From a virus (taxonomy: Duplodnaviria > Caudoviricetes), in the IMG/VR virus record IMGVR_UViG_3300036770_005357: a DNA stretch of 64,000 nt. The stretch is one strand, 5' to 3'. Positions 46,177-56,531 of this stretch are shown in pieces (position 1 is the stretch's first letter; the number at the start of each line of letters is the position of its first letter). Below the pieces are notes generated by a model. That model had not been told where the DNA came from and did not search any database. It worked only from the letters and a program-made list of their open reading frames with translations. Position numbers and translations under genes: made by a program.

Positions 46177-49100
46177 TCAAATATATAGCACCTTACTATA
46201 ACCGTTTTCTTTTTTTATTTCGATCTGGTTATCAACCATATCTCGCATTTGATCCAAATGACTTATTACCCAAATAAAATCAAATTGATTCTTCAAATAA
46301 CTAAATAAAGCTCCCATTTGACTTAAATGATCACTATCGGCACAACCAAATCCTTCGTCAATACAAATAATATTTGGTCTCGGTAAATTACTAATATTAA
46401 TAAGTGCAACTCTAATAGCCAATCCACTTATAAACTTTTCCATACCACTTGCCATTTCAAGAGGCCATTTCTTATCATCATATACTATGTTAGTCATAAT
46501 ATTCTTACCGTCTGTATGTAATGTTACACTAAACTCTACTACTTGATGTAGAATATTATTAACCTCTTTCTCAATTTCTGGAAGTGTCTTGGTTATAATT
46601 TCATAAGGTATACCATCACGACTTATTATATTTGTATATAACTTGTATGATTCATAACTTTCTTCAAGTTCTTTAACTTTATTAAGTTGATCTGTAAGAT
46701 TCTTATATTGAAGTTCCAACTTGCCTTTTTCGCCGGAAGCTGTAAACAACTTATTATTCAAAGCTTTAATCTCATTCTCAAGGGTCTTAATTTCAGCTTT
46801 AACTTTTTCAACATTGGTTAAAATAGTTGCATTATTTTCTATGACTTCTTTATTTGTATAAAAAGTTTGTATATCATTGTCAACCCCCTTCAACTTGTTT
46901 TGTAAGTTGATTAAAGTGTTTTCATTCTGTAATATGGAACTATTGACGGAACTCTTATTTCGTTCCAATGTAAGTTTTTCGTTGTTTAACTTGATACACT
47001 CTTTATTCTGTTTTTCAATATCACCATAAGAATCTAATTTCTCTTTGATAACATTAAACTCGCCAACTACTTTAGTTGCTTTTTGTTTATCCAACTCAAG
47101 ATCTTCTTTTGTTTTTATAGCATCCTTAACGAAAATATTGTTGACGCAATAAGTACAATTAGGATCATACTTATGTTCTTCAAGTTTCTTAAGTTTTTCT
47201 ACCTTATTCTTGATAACAAGCTTCAGAGTATCAATCTCTTTTTGTTTTTCAGTTTCTTTTTGTTTCCAACTCTTGTACTCGTCGTACTTTTCATCAATAC
47301 CGTCACATTCAGCAAGTGATGATGTCAATGCAACTAAACTATCTTCAATGGTTTTTAACTTAACCCCCTCAGATGAGATATTATTATTGACCTTATCAAT
47401 CTTACGAGTCAAATCTACCTTTTCTTGTTCCAACTTAGTTATATCAAAAGAAAATGAATCGGTCTTAATAAGAGTATTAGACAATTCTAACATCTTATTA
47501 TTAAGTTGATCCTTTTCACCTTCCTTTTGTTTAACAATATTGGTATAAGTTTCAATGTTGTTATTATTTGTAGTAATACTACCGGATACAGTCGTAAGTT
47601 CAGATATCAACTGATCTTTACTAGTATTCTTCAACAATGTATTAGTCTCTTTAAAGTTATCATTGGCAATAGTATACAACTGATCAAACAAATTTAGTCC
47701 CATGAACTGGCATAATAGATCCTTTCGTTCAGTTTGACCCAAATCAATAAATGATCCAGCCTTACTGTTTTGAATACTAAGTACCGTAAGAATAAAATCT
47801 TCATATGTACCAACATAATCTCTAATAATATCATTCGTACTTCTACGAGCTTCGCCATTCAATGGTACTTCATTACCTTTATCAATCTTATAGAACTTGA
47901 CATCTACCTTTACATTACCTTTCTTATCAGCTTTACCTTCTCGTTCAATATAATAATCTACACCATTAACCTCAAAATTGAATTTACACTTGAAACTCAT
48001 TTTTTGAGTATTCAAAACATGTATAGCTTTAAATCCTTTACTAAACTTATCAAATACACAAAAAGCTAAAGCATCCATAATACTAGATTTACCACTCGCA
48101 TTAGGCGCAAATAGTCCAATAGTACCCTTCAACTTAGTGAAATCAATATAGTTACCTTCACCGTAACTAAACATATTATCAAATTCAAAAGTCTTAGGCT
48201 TCCAACGAATATTCTTAGGAGCTTTATCCTTAGCAATTTCTTTATTGATAGTTTTATTAAGTTCCTTAACCTTCTCAATCAAAGTCTTTTCAGTATTTTT
48301 AGCAAGTAAATTATCTTCAATCAATTTATTCTGATAATCAACATCCAAGATATTATGAATATCAAACACTTGACCGTTTTTAAGCGTTAAATCTACTTCA
48401 GCCTCATCTACTCGTATAAATGTTGATTCAAGAATCTCACACTTATCTTTGATATCATTCATCACCTCTTTTACTTGAGATGGAATAGATTCAAAACACT
48501 TTGTACGAATACGAGCTTTTTTAGGTAAATTACTAATGTCCGTTGTTAATTTACCTTTATTGATTTCTATAGTATAATAACCATAATCATTTTGTAATTC
48601 ATAGTGTTTGAAAACCTTATGTTTCAAATTCCACATCAAAAATCCGTGACCCTTAAGTTCTTCGCCGTGATTTTGTTGAATCATTGAGCCGGCATATACA
48701 ATAACGGGCTTACTATCAACATCATCGTACTCCTGTAGTATTTGATGTTTATGAATATCACCCAACATCGCAATGTGGTGACCGTCAAACATATCATTCA
48801 TTACAGAACGATTACTTACAACATATCCAATGTCTGTAATTGCGTTATGTACGGGCCCGTGGAAGAGTGCAATGTGATGATCGGTTTCCATTCTATATTT
48901 TGATGGAATATCCGTATACTTAATGTATTTGTCGGGATCATCAAATACACTGAAATTATTAAATAGTATATTTTCATAACGATATACATCTGTACTCTTC
49001 AAATAATACAAGTTATCGTGTTCTAGAGCTTCAACGATGGGTGTCAAACAATCCAATCGTGACTTGTTAGCAAGTGTAGCATCGTGATTACCTGCAGTCA

Positions 49101-49362
49101 ATATAGTAGGTATTCTATCCGCACAGTTTTTAAGAAAGTCGCTACCAATCTTTACACATTCCGGACTTAAATCACTCTTGTTATGAAAAACATCTCCAGC
49201 AATAACCAATACAGCATTTAATTTTTGTACTTTTTCAAGTGATTGATAAAACTTATTGAATACAGTTAGATATTCATCATGGCGTTTGGTAAGCCTGATA
49301 TGAATATCTGCTATATGTACGACTGCGTTTATCTTACTATCTGTATTTTTAAGTAATATCAT
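46177..49362 (-). CDS. sbcD-sbcC: fused Mre11/SbcD nuclease - Rad50/SbcC ATPase (gp47-gp46-like in one polypeptide)
   Basis: HIADIH, AGDVFH, GNHD and LGDIHKHQ, then Walker A APNASGKSS, coiled coil with CTYC hook, signature ASGMEKF and Walker B IDEGFG. Confidence 0.92.
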   Translation of the reverse strand: MILLKNTDSKINAVVHIADIHIRLTKRHDEYLTVFNKFYQSLEKVQKLNAVLVIAGDVFHNKSDLSPECVKIGSDFLKNCADRIPTILTAGNHDATLANKSRLDCLTPIVEALEHDNLYYLKSTDVYRYENILFNNFSVFDDPDKYIKYTDIPSKYRMETDHHIALFHGPVHNAITDIGYVVSNRSVMNDMFDGHHIAMLGDIHKHQILQEYDDVDSKPVIVYAGSMIQQNHGEELKGHGFLMWNLKHKVFKHYELQNDYGYYTIEINKGKLTTDISNLPKKARIRTKCFESIPSQVKEVMNDIKDKCEILESTFIRVDEAEVDLTLKNGQVFDIHNILDVDYQNKLIEDNLLAKNTEKTLIEKVKELNKTINKEIAKDKAPKNIRWKPKTFEFDNMFSYGEGNYIDFTKLKGTIGLFAPNASGKSSIMDALAFCVFDKFSKGFKAIHVLNTQKMSFKCKFNFEVNGVDYYIEREGKADKKGNVKVDVKFYKIDKGNEVPLNGEARRSTNDIIRDYVGTYEDFILTVLSIQNSKAGSFIDLGQTERKDLLCQFMGLNLFDQLYTIANDNFKETNTLLKNTSKDQLISELTTVSGSITTNNNNIETYTNIVKQKEGEKDQLNNKMLELSNTLIKTDSFSFDITKLEQEKVDLTRKIDKVNNNISSEGVKLKTIEDSLVALTSSLAECDGIDEKYDEYKSWKQKETEKQKEIDTLKLVIKNKVEKLKKLEEHKYDPNCTYCVNNIFVKDAIKTKEDLELDKQKATKVVGEFNVIKEKLDSYGDIEKQNKECIKLNNEKLTLERNKSSVNSSILQNENTLINLQNKLKGVDNDIQTFYTNKEVIENNATILTNVEKVKAEIKTLENEIKALNNKLFTASGEKGKLELQYKNLTDQLNKVKELEESYESYKLYTNIISRDGIPYEIITKTLPEIEKEVNNILHQVVEFSVTLHTDGKNIMTNIVYDDKKWPLEMASGMEKFISGLAIRVALINISNLPRPNIICIDEGFGCADSDHLSQMGALFSYLKNQFDFIWVISHLDQMRDMVDNQIEIKKENGYSKVLYI

Positions 49363-50276
49363 AATTTGTTCGTTAATTTATAACGATATAAAATGCTTTC
49401 ATTAATCTTAACACTATTTCGTATGTTTTGCCAAGTTATATTATGTCCTAACTCATTCGGATCTTTGCCATCTAACAAAACTAAATGTGTGTTTATGCCG
49501 TTTTGAATTAGAAAATCACAAATTTTCAAACTGGATGTCAGAGCGTCATTATCCAACAACACATTTACTCTAGGCGGTCTATTTTCTATAAGTTTAATTT
49601 TAAGTTTTTTAGATAATGTTTTACCAAACAGTGGTACTACATTGTATTTGACACTCATTGCATCAAACACACCTTCAACCAATGTAAGTTCATGATTAAA
49701 ATCAGTAAACAGTTCAAATCCGATCATATCTTTACTGCCGTCACACAATCTATATTTAAGAAATCCGTCACAAAAGTCTCTACCACAATAAAAATTGAGT
49801 TGTGCATCGACATCATAAGATGGAACTATAATTCTATTTGCAAAATTTCCACTTGGACAATATCCAATATTATATCGTACAACATCGTGTACAGATATAT
49901 TTCGTTTAAAAAGATATGATAAAGCATTTTTATAAGCCGGATCGGTTGATGGTTTATACAGTGGATGAAATTCTTGCGGCAGTTCAAGTCTTGCTTGATC
50001 TATTTTGACTAAATTATGTCGTTTGGGTTTATCCTTACAAAGAATTTCATAATATTCACTCGGAGCTTTTACTTTTCTAAGCAAACTATGAAAACTCTTA
50101 CCACTAAATCCACATACCCAACATTGATAGTATCCTGTTTGAGTGTTTATATTTAACTTTTTCTTATGATGCTTGCAATTTGGACAGAATACTAGAATCT
50201 CTTCACCACCTTTTTGTATAGTAGGCTTATTCTTGAAGAGTCTTGTTAATGTATCTATTACAGGCAATCCGACCAT
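49359..50276 (-). CDS. DNA primase (Zn-finger + Toprim)
   Basis: CPNC..H..KL..N...YQCWVCG, RIIVP, LVEGVFDA and LLDNDA. Confidence 0.88.
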   Translation of the reverse strand: MVGLPVIDTLTRLFKNKPTIQKGGEEILVFCPNCKHHKKKLNINTQTGYYQCWVCGFSGKSFHSLLRKVKAPSEYYEILCKDKPKRHNLVKIDQARLELPQEFHPLYKPSTDPAYKNALSYLFKRNISVHDVVRYNIGYCPSGNFANRIIVPSYDVDAQLNFYCGRDFCDGFLKYRLCDGSKDMIGFELFTDFNHELTLVEGVFDAMSVKYNVVPLFGKTLSKKLKIKLIENRPPRVNVLLDNDALTSSLKICDFLIQNGINTHLVLLDGKDPNELGHNITWQNIRNSVKINESILYRYKLTNKL

Positions 50277-50305
50277 TAAACCAATGTAACCTAAATTATA
50301 ATATT

Positions 50306-50818
50306 TTACAAGTTTTTATACAAAGCACAAACTATCGCGTCGTACATGTCACCATTTCGTTCATCCCAATTATTCTTTTTATTTAGTAATGTGAAGTTTT
50401 TAACTTCGGGCATCAACAATTCAAGATGATGTTTAACAAAATCCTTGGACTTCATACCCTTAATTCTACACTTGCCAAATAACTGTTTGCGCATAGTATT
50501 TACACTCAACAAGTTAACTTTCTTTTTAAAGTGTTCTTCTAAAATATAAGCGAAAACAGCATTATGCCGGGTGAGTGTTATAATTGTCTGTTGGCTTGTG
50601 AAACCGCCGGCAAACCCGCTTAAAGCAGCTTCTAAGTTAATATGTTGAAATTTATCATTGTATTTATTTGATTCAATAAAGTTAATTACACTATAAGTTT
50701 TTTCCTTGGTAGTTTCGTACTTTTTTGTATCAATAAATCCAGCATCTAGGACCTTTCCGTTTTCACTGAAAGCCCATCCCGTGACTGATGTAGAGGAGTC
50801 TAAACCCAATATAACCAT
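50306..50818 (-). CDS. ruvC: RuvC-like Holliday junction resolvase
   Basis: ILGLDSSTSVTGWA, INLE and D.YDAIV catalytic pattern. ATG at 50818. Confidence 0.75.
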   Translation of the reverse strand: MVILGLDSSTSVTGWAFSENGKVLDAGFIDTKKYETTKEKTYSVINFIESNKYNDKFQHINLEAALSGFAGGFTSQQTIITLTRHNAVFAYILEEHFKKKVNLLSVNTMRKQLFGKCRIKGMKSKDFVKHHLELLMPEVKNFTLLNKKNNWDERNGDMYDAIVCALYKNL

Positions 50819-50830
50819 TAACAATATATA

Positions 50831-51340
50831 TTAACGGGTAAATGAACCGTCTTTATATTTTGTACTATTAAAGCCTTTCATATAAATTGAAAGCTGTTTT
50901 GAATTTTCACCTGTAGCATCTTTGAACTGAGTAATACCTTGTGGCATTTTTATCTTAAACCCGGAATCGGTTGTATATTTAGCATCTTGAAGTGAAGATT
51001 GACCGTTCCAGTTTGTAGAAATTTTGTTTACTCCATCTACTCTAATACCACCATTTATGGTGTCGCCATAATTAAGTGCCGCATCATTAAAATTTTCACC
51101 AGGTAGACCAGCGCCACCAACAACACCCGAAATCTTAGGTTCAAAGCCAGGACGAATGGTCCAGTCTATAGACTTTTGTGTAAATCCGAATGGAGCTTGA
51201 GTTCCAAGAACGGATGTATTTGTAGTTGCAGCATAAGCATCAAATGCGCCACCTGCATTTTGAAGAGCATTATATCTATCATATAAGCTCTTTTTGACTG
51301 ATTCACGATCTACTGTTTTTGAATCGGATAAAGTTGGCAT
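50831..51340 (-). CDS. hypothetical protein
   Basis: 169-aa ORF tiling the gap, with a TATTTATT motif upstream. Confidence 0.6.
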   Translation of the reverse strand: MPTLSDSKTVDRESVKKSLYDRYNALQNAGGAFDAYAATTNTSVLGTQAPFGFTQKSIDWTIRPGFEPKISGVVGGAGLPGENFNDAALNYGDTINGGIRVDGVNKISTNWNGQSSLQDAKYTTDSGFKIKMPQGITQFKDATGENSKQLSIYMKGFNSTKYKDGSFTR

Positions 51341-51369
51341 AATTTTAATCTATTATATAATAAATATAA

Positions 51370-53976
51370 TTAAGTGTCCCATTTAACTATAATATTTATA
51401 GGAATTTCACCTGTATTTTTAATAGGTTGAGCTAATTTAGCAACTGCTACCAAATCTGCATTTGCATATAAACCCACTTGGGTTATATAAGGCGCTAAAT
51501 ATGATCCCGTTGGATCGATAGAGGAACTATATTGATAATTGAAAAAATCTTTTTTAATTATACTTTCATTAAATTTACCGGTTTTTTTATTTAAAAAATT
51601 AATTATATCATCATAATTATTTCTGGTTGAATTTAAGCTTAGGTAATTTTTGTAATTTTTATATGTTAATTCTTCTATAAAATATTTCCATATTGCAGTT
51701 GCGTCTTGAATGGTAACAATACCATCTCGATTTACATCAAAATCTTTAGTCATACATAAACATTTTATATCATTATTCAATTTGTTTTCAGTATAATTTT
51801 TTATTTGAGATGAATAAAAATCAAAAATACTTTGTTCCACATCTCCTTGTACAATTGAATTCCACCATTCTTCGGATTGTGTTGTTGTTAATTTTGAATT
51901 AATAAATCTTAGTATGATATCTAAATTTTCAAAATTGAATACTTGTGAATTAATTATTCCATAATCGATGATATAAGAATTAAGAGCCGTTGGGTTTGTT
52001 GAAATGTTAAATTCACCTGGTTCTACTTTACAAACAAATTGTTTTTCATATAAAGTGATTTGACTTTCATACTCCATATGAACATATGGATAATCCGTAC
52101 GTTCTGGGTCTCTGGTGAAAACACTAAAAATACTGCCTGTGTTGTTTATCACTACTCTATTATTATTGTAGAAAACATTTCCTAAGTTATAATTTGTTTG
52201 TAAATCATTAAAATCGTAGATAAAACATCTACCTTTTAGTTGTTGTATATGATCGTTTTCTTCACAAATTGCAATTAGTGTATCGTTACATCCTGTAGTA
52301 TTGACAGCATCTTCAATTTTAAAATAAACCACATTCGCGACATCCGTACAATTTTCTGGATTATAAGATGAAGTTTTAACATATGACATATCGTTTAAGC
52401 TACCAGTTTCTGTTATAAATGGTGAAAACAAATATAAATCGTCATTTAAAGGTATTGGTGCGCCTATTACTATATTTTTATCCGAAACAGCAACCGAGCT
52501 ACCAAATGCATTATACGAATTTTCATAATCCTTTCTTTTAGAAATTGGATCTGTAGTTAATTGTCGTATTGTAGACCCCGATAATTTGTAAAGTAAAGCT
52601 TGACCACTATAACTGGATTCTCCAAAATCATTTATATCAAAAAACTTATCAAATTTATTTAAAGAAGATGAAAGATAAAGTGAACTAAACGGAAAATAAG
52701 GTTTCGGTGATCCTATCAAAATATAATCGTCAAATGTTGAAACCGAATAACCAAACATATTATCTTTAAATGTTTTTTCATCGCCGTATGTTTTGGTAAC
52801 TAAAGTAAAATTTGATGATCCGGTTAAACACTGATTGTTTGCATAAATATAAGCACTTCCTCTTCTTCTTAAGGTATTTGATCCCGAATATTCGTAATAC
52901 AAAAGTTCTGTTGGAGCTCCAATTACTATTACATTTTTATTTATAGAAACTGAATGGCCAAAATTATTATTTACTTGAGCTTTTTTAAGACTTCCGGATG
53001 GTATCCATTGATAGGTATTTCCAAAAGTCTCGGGTGCATAAAGATAATTTGAACCTGTAATGTTAATAAATTTTTGTGAGACTTCCCATTTATTTGAATA
53101 TCTAAATAAAAATACTTTACTACTACTTATTTGATTAGAACCTACTAATATTTTATTTTCATAGTATTTATCTATACTTAAAGAAAACCCGAATCCTTTT
53201 TGTATCGGATCATCAATAACACTACTGGTTAAAACTGCGTCGAGAGTGTATTTAAAATCAACATCGTCATATCTATAAACATAAACCGCTCCTCTACCAC
53301 TGAAAGCTGTAGGAGCGCCTACCGCTAATAAATTATTTGAAATTGAAACACTTTTACCAAAAGATTCATTTGCTGATCCAGTTACTGTAAAAATGGGATA
53401 TACAGGCAAATCGTAATTATTTAAATTTTCTTCATCACATTCGGAATTCAACGGTGTTATCGCACCACTCAGTGCACCGCTCAGTTCCAAAAAATAATTA
53501 GGATTAATTTCATATACATCAACGGAATTTTTAGTAACAAAATTATCTGGATATGAACTTTGACTGTAAGATAAATCTGAAATTGCTAAGAAAAAATCAC
53601 TTACATCTATTGACTCTCCATACTTACTTTGATATACAAATTCACTTCCCTTTTCTATAACTAAAAAACTACAACTATCATTTACATTACTTAAACTTCC
53701 AGAATTCGCTATAAAGGACGATGTATTAACAGCACTTGAACTTTGTTCAGTATAATATGGATTTATTATATTTCTATTGTATAAATTTTTAAATGTTTTA
53801 ACAACTGAATAATTTTTATTAAACTTATTTTTTTTAACCAAAATTACTTCACCGATTCGTCCGAATCCTTCACACTCATTCCAATTTTTGGATGGAGGAT
53901 TTCCTATTGCTATATAATCACCATTTGTCGCAACGGTTTTGCCATATAGTTCATTATAAATATTTAAAAGACTCAT
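51370..53976 (-). CDS. baseplate/fibre protein with FG-GAP beta-propeller repeats, dockerin-like EF-hand and tail-collar-like C-terminus
   Basis: Repeated FG.SV(S/A)....L.VGAP, DVNRDGIVTIQDA and YITQVGLY...LVAVAKL. Confidence 0.75.
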   Translation of the reverse strand: MSLLNIYNELYGKTVATNGDYIAIGNPPSKNWNECEGFGRIGEVILVKKNKFNKNYSVVKTFKNLYNRNIINPYYTEQSSSAVNTSSFIANSGSLSNVNDSCSFLVIEKGSEFVYQSKYGESIDVSDFFLAISDLSYSQSSYPDNFVTKNSVDVYEINPNYFLELSGALSGAITPLNSECDEENLNNYDLPVYPIFTVTGSANESFGKSVSISNNLLAVGAPTAFSGRGAVYVYRYDDVDFKYTLDAVLTSSVIDDPIQKGFGFSLSIDKYYENKILVGSNQISSSKVFLFRYSNKWEVSQKFINITGSNYLYAPETFGNTYQWIPSGSLKKAQVNNNFGHSVSINKNVIVIGAPTELLYYEYSGSNTLRRRGSAYIYANNQCLTGSSNFTLVTKTYGDEKTFKDNMFGYSVSTFDDYILIGSPKPYFPFSSLYLSSSLNKFDKFFDINDFGESSYSGQALLYKLSGSTIRQLTTDPISKRKDYENSYNAFGSSVAVSDKNIVIGAPIPLNDDLYLFSPFITETGSLNDMSYVKTSSYNPENCTDVANVVYFKIEDAVNTTGCNDTLIAICEENDHIQQLKGRCFIYDFNDLQTNYNLGNVFYNNNRVVINNTGSIFSVFTRDPERTDYPYVHMEYESQITLYEKQFVCKVEPGEFNISTNPTALNSYIIDYGIINSQVFNFENLDIILRFINSKLTTTQSEEWWNSIVQGDVEQSIFDFYSSQIKNYTENKLNNDIKCLCMTKDFDVNRDGIVTIQDATAIWKYFIEELTYKNYKNYLSLNSTRNNYDDIINFLNKKTGKFNESIIKKDFFNYQYSSSIDPTGSYLAPYITQVGLYANADLVAVAKLAQPIKNTGEIPINIIVKWDT

Positions 53977-54671
53977 ATGCTGTTTTTAAGATAATAACTT
54001 AACCCATATTGACCATAACTAGTAACTAAAGATGTTGAATTTGAACTAAATTGGTAATAATCGACAAAATGACTACCTGTCAAAAATAAGTTATTGTTAC
54101 CGTCATCATAAATATCTGACAAAACATCACCCGTTTGATTAGTAATGACTACTGTATTTGGTCTAATAGTATCCCCTGCCTGATTTACAGCTAGTGAATA
54201 AAGAGAAAATTCATTGGCTAAATTTAATTTTTTGTTTTGTAAAACTGTATCGTTTAATCCAAATCTATTGTAGGCATTATTGTAATTATTATAATACATT
54301 TTATCGATGGTATTATATATTTGTCCTTTATATGTACCATTTATGTTTACAGGATTTGTTTCATTTGACCATTCAACACTACTCGAAGGATAAAAAATAG
54401 AACTAGAATTTAAATATTTACCTATATAAAAGTCTGGTATATCGTTTTGTATAAAATTTGTATCTGCCAAATATGCATTCGTAATTTTTATTGGTTCACA
54501 ACTTCCCGAAAAATTATTATTACATTGTAAAAATGGAACCGTTATTGGAAATGTAACATCATCACCGTCATTTCCAAAAATCAAGTCGAGAAAAATATTA
54601 TCAATTACTTGTGGTTTAGCTACCACAAATCTGGTTGTTAATACATCTTGTGTTTTAAAAAATTTAATCAT
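53973..54671 (-). CDS. putative baseplate/structural protein
   Basis: 232 aa, IRPNTVVI..DDGNNNL motif, within the baseplate cluster. Confidence 0.55.
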   Translation of the reverse strand: MIKFFKTQDVLTTRFVVAKPQVIDNIFLDLIFGNDGDDVTFPITVPFLQCNNNFSGSCEPIKITNAYLADTNFIQNDIPDFYIGKYLNSSSIFYPSSSVEWSNETNPVNINGTYKGQIYNTIDKMYYNNYNNAYNRFGLNDTVLQNKKLNLANEFSLYSLAVNQAGDTIRPNTVVITNQTGDVLSDIYDDGNNNLFLTGSHFVDYYQFSSNSTSLVTSYGQYGLSYYLKNSI

Positions 54672-54701
54672 CCTAATATAAATAGGAAGATTTATTATTA
54701 A

Positions 54702-55838
54702 TTAAAAGTCTATTCTTACTTTAATTAATAATTCGTTATCGAATGATTTTTGTGTAGGTTTACTTAACTTACCAATAGCTAGAAGTTCGTTATTTTCATT
54801 ATATAATCCAACGGAAGTAATATATGTTCGAGGATTATTGATTAAGTCTTGATATATTATAGTTCCTTTTGTTTTACCATCAGTTCCATCCGATACAAAT
54901 GTTGGATTATTACTATAATTAAATTCTTTATTCTTAACACGAACGAAGTAGTTGGTGGACGGTACAAATTCAGATTTACGAATTCCCATCGTACCTTTCG
55001 ATCTTCTCAAAGCATTATAAAAATCTCGTGTCCAAAGACGCCAATAGGTTGACTTAAACGGATTTCCACTTTCATTTGTAAATAAATTACGATTTCGAAT
55101 TTGATAAGTAGAAGTATTGCTTGATGTTGAAGTTATACCAATGAGAGTATCTAATTTTATTGCATTAAATATTACAATACCATTAGAAGGATAAAATAGT
55201 CCAATACCATTATATACAGGCGAACCATTTTTCAAATAAGGCGTTGGTACACCATTTATAATTGATCCTGAAATTAAATTATATACATTTTGTTGTTTAT
55301 TAATAATTTGTGAATCATCAATAAAAGTGAACTTTTTTGGAGCAATAGATCCTGACAAACAAATTTGAATTTGACCCGGATCAATTTGATCCTTAAATTT
55401 ATCCGCTGCAAAATTTAAAACAAAAATTGCTTCACTATCAATCGTAGTATTTATACTTCCCGTTGCAAAACTAAATAAGTCATCACCCGGTTGTAATAAA
55501 ACATTTTTGTATTGTGAATAAATAACTTTAGTCTCATTAGCTAATACCGGCGTTTCAGAATCTACCACATCAAATTTTGAACTACCACTATTTACATAAT
55601 CACCGTATGCTATATCAAAATATAAATCTGCTCCTGAATAAATATCTAAATAATACTGTCCGTTTTTAATATCATAAACACTCGATCCTGTTAATTGTAT
55701 TCCTTGACCAAATTTACCGGATTGAGTTATAAATGTAGATTGACTAACAAATAAACTTCCCGTTCCAAACATACCGGAAGAAACTTGGTTTATTCTCCCA
55801 ATGACGACATCATCTTGATTAAATTGGCTAAATATCAT
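54702..55838 (-). CDS. putative baseplate/tail-collar protein
   Basis: YFVRVKNKEFNYSNNPTF and YITSVGLYNENNELLAIGKLSKP. Confidence 0.7.
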   Translation of the reverse strand: MIFSQFNQDDVVIGRINQVSSGMFGTGSLFVSQSTFITQSGKFGQGIQLTGSSVYDIKNGQYYLDIYSGADLYFDIAYGDYVNSGSSKFDVVDSETPVLANETKVIYSQYKNVLLQPGDDLFSFATGSINTTIDSEAIFVLNFAADKFKDQIDPGQIQICLSGSIAPKKFTFIDDSQIINKQQNVYNLISGSIINGVPTPYLKNGSPVYNGIGLFYPSNGIVIFNAIKLDTLIGITSTSSNTSTYQIRNRNLFTNESGNPFKSTYWRLWTRDFYNALRRSKGTMGIRKSEFVPSTNYFVRVKNKEFNYSNNPTFVSDGTDGKTKGTIIYQDLINNPRTYITSVGLYNENNELLAIGKLSKPTQKSFDNELLIKVRIDF

Positions 55839-55847
55839 ATATTAAAA

Positions 55848-56486
55848 TTAGGTTGAAGGTACCGTTACTGTTACTGTTATTGCTGTATTTCCACCACTTT
55901 CATTTCCAATAATTGTAATATTAGTGGTTGTTGTTTTGGATAATCCTGCGTTTGGAATAAATCTAAATTTATTACCAATAACGGACTGTGAAGTTTGAGA
56001 AGCTAAATCTCCAGAAAATGATGGTACGGTCGCTGTACTTGAATTTAGACTATTTGTTTCGGTAACTATCAAAGTTCCAACATCTTTATTGGCCAATATA
56101 GCGGTATACCCCAATGTAACATTGTAAGTTGGATTGGTACTAGGACTTATTAAAATTTCACCTGTATAATCTCTATCTATCGTGATTACAGATTGTGCTA
56201 CACTAATAGTTGGTACAGCTGTAACGCCGTCATTTAGAGTTACCAATTTATACTTCATTAATTGTGATTCGTCGGTAATTGGTTCCAATACGGGAGTATT
56301 ACGAATAGCTATATCATAGTATGCACTTCCAAGCGGATGAGTTGGATTAAATTGAGTATAGTCGATTTCATCGTCAGCTAAAGCAAACGCGGTGATGTTA
56401 AGACCACCGGTTTTAGCTAAAATTTCACGTCCCTTTTTAGTTAATACAGCGTTGACTGTAAGAACATTGTTATCTAAATATGCCAT
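55848..56486 (-). CDS. putative baseplate/tail-collar protein
   Basis: MAYLDN...AVLTKKGREILA...ITAFALADDEIDY. ATG at 56486 (the track start is TTG). Confidence 0.7.
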   Translation of the reverse strand: MAYLDNNVLTVNAVLTKKGREILAKTGGLNITAFALADDEIDYTQFNPTHPLGSAYYDIAIRNTPVLEPITDESQLMKYKLVTLNDGVTAVPTISVAQSVITIDRDYTGEILISPSTNPTYNVTLGYTAILANKDVGTLIVTETNSLNSSTATVPSFSGDLASQTSQSVIGNKFRFIPNAGLSKTTTTNITIIGNESGGNTAITVTVTVPST

Positions 56487-56531
56487 ATACAATAATTATG
56501 TTGGATTTTAGTTTTTTATCTAAAAAATATA

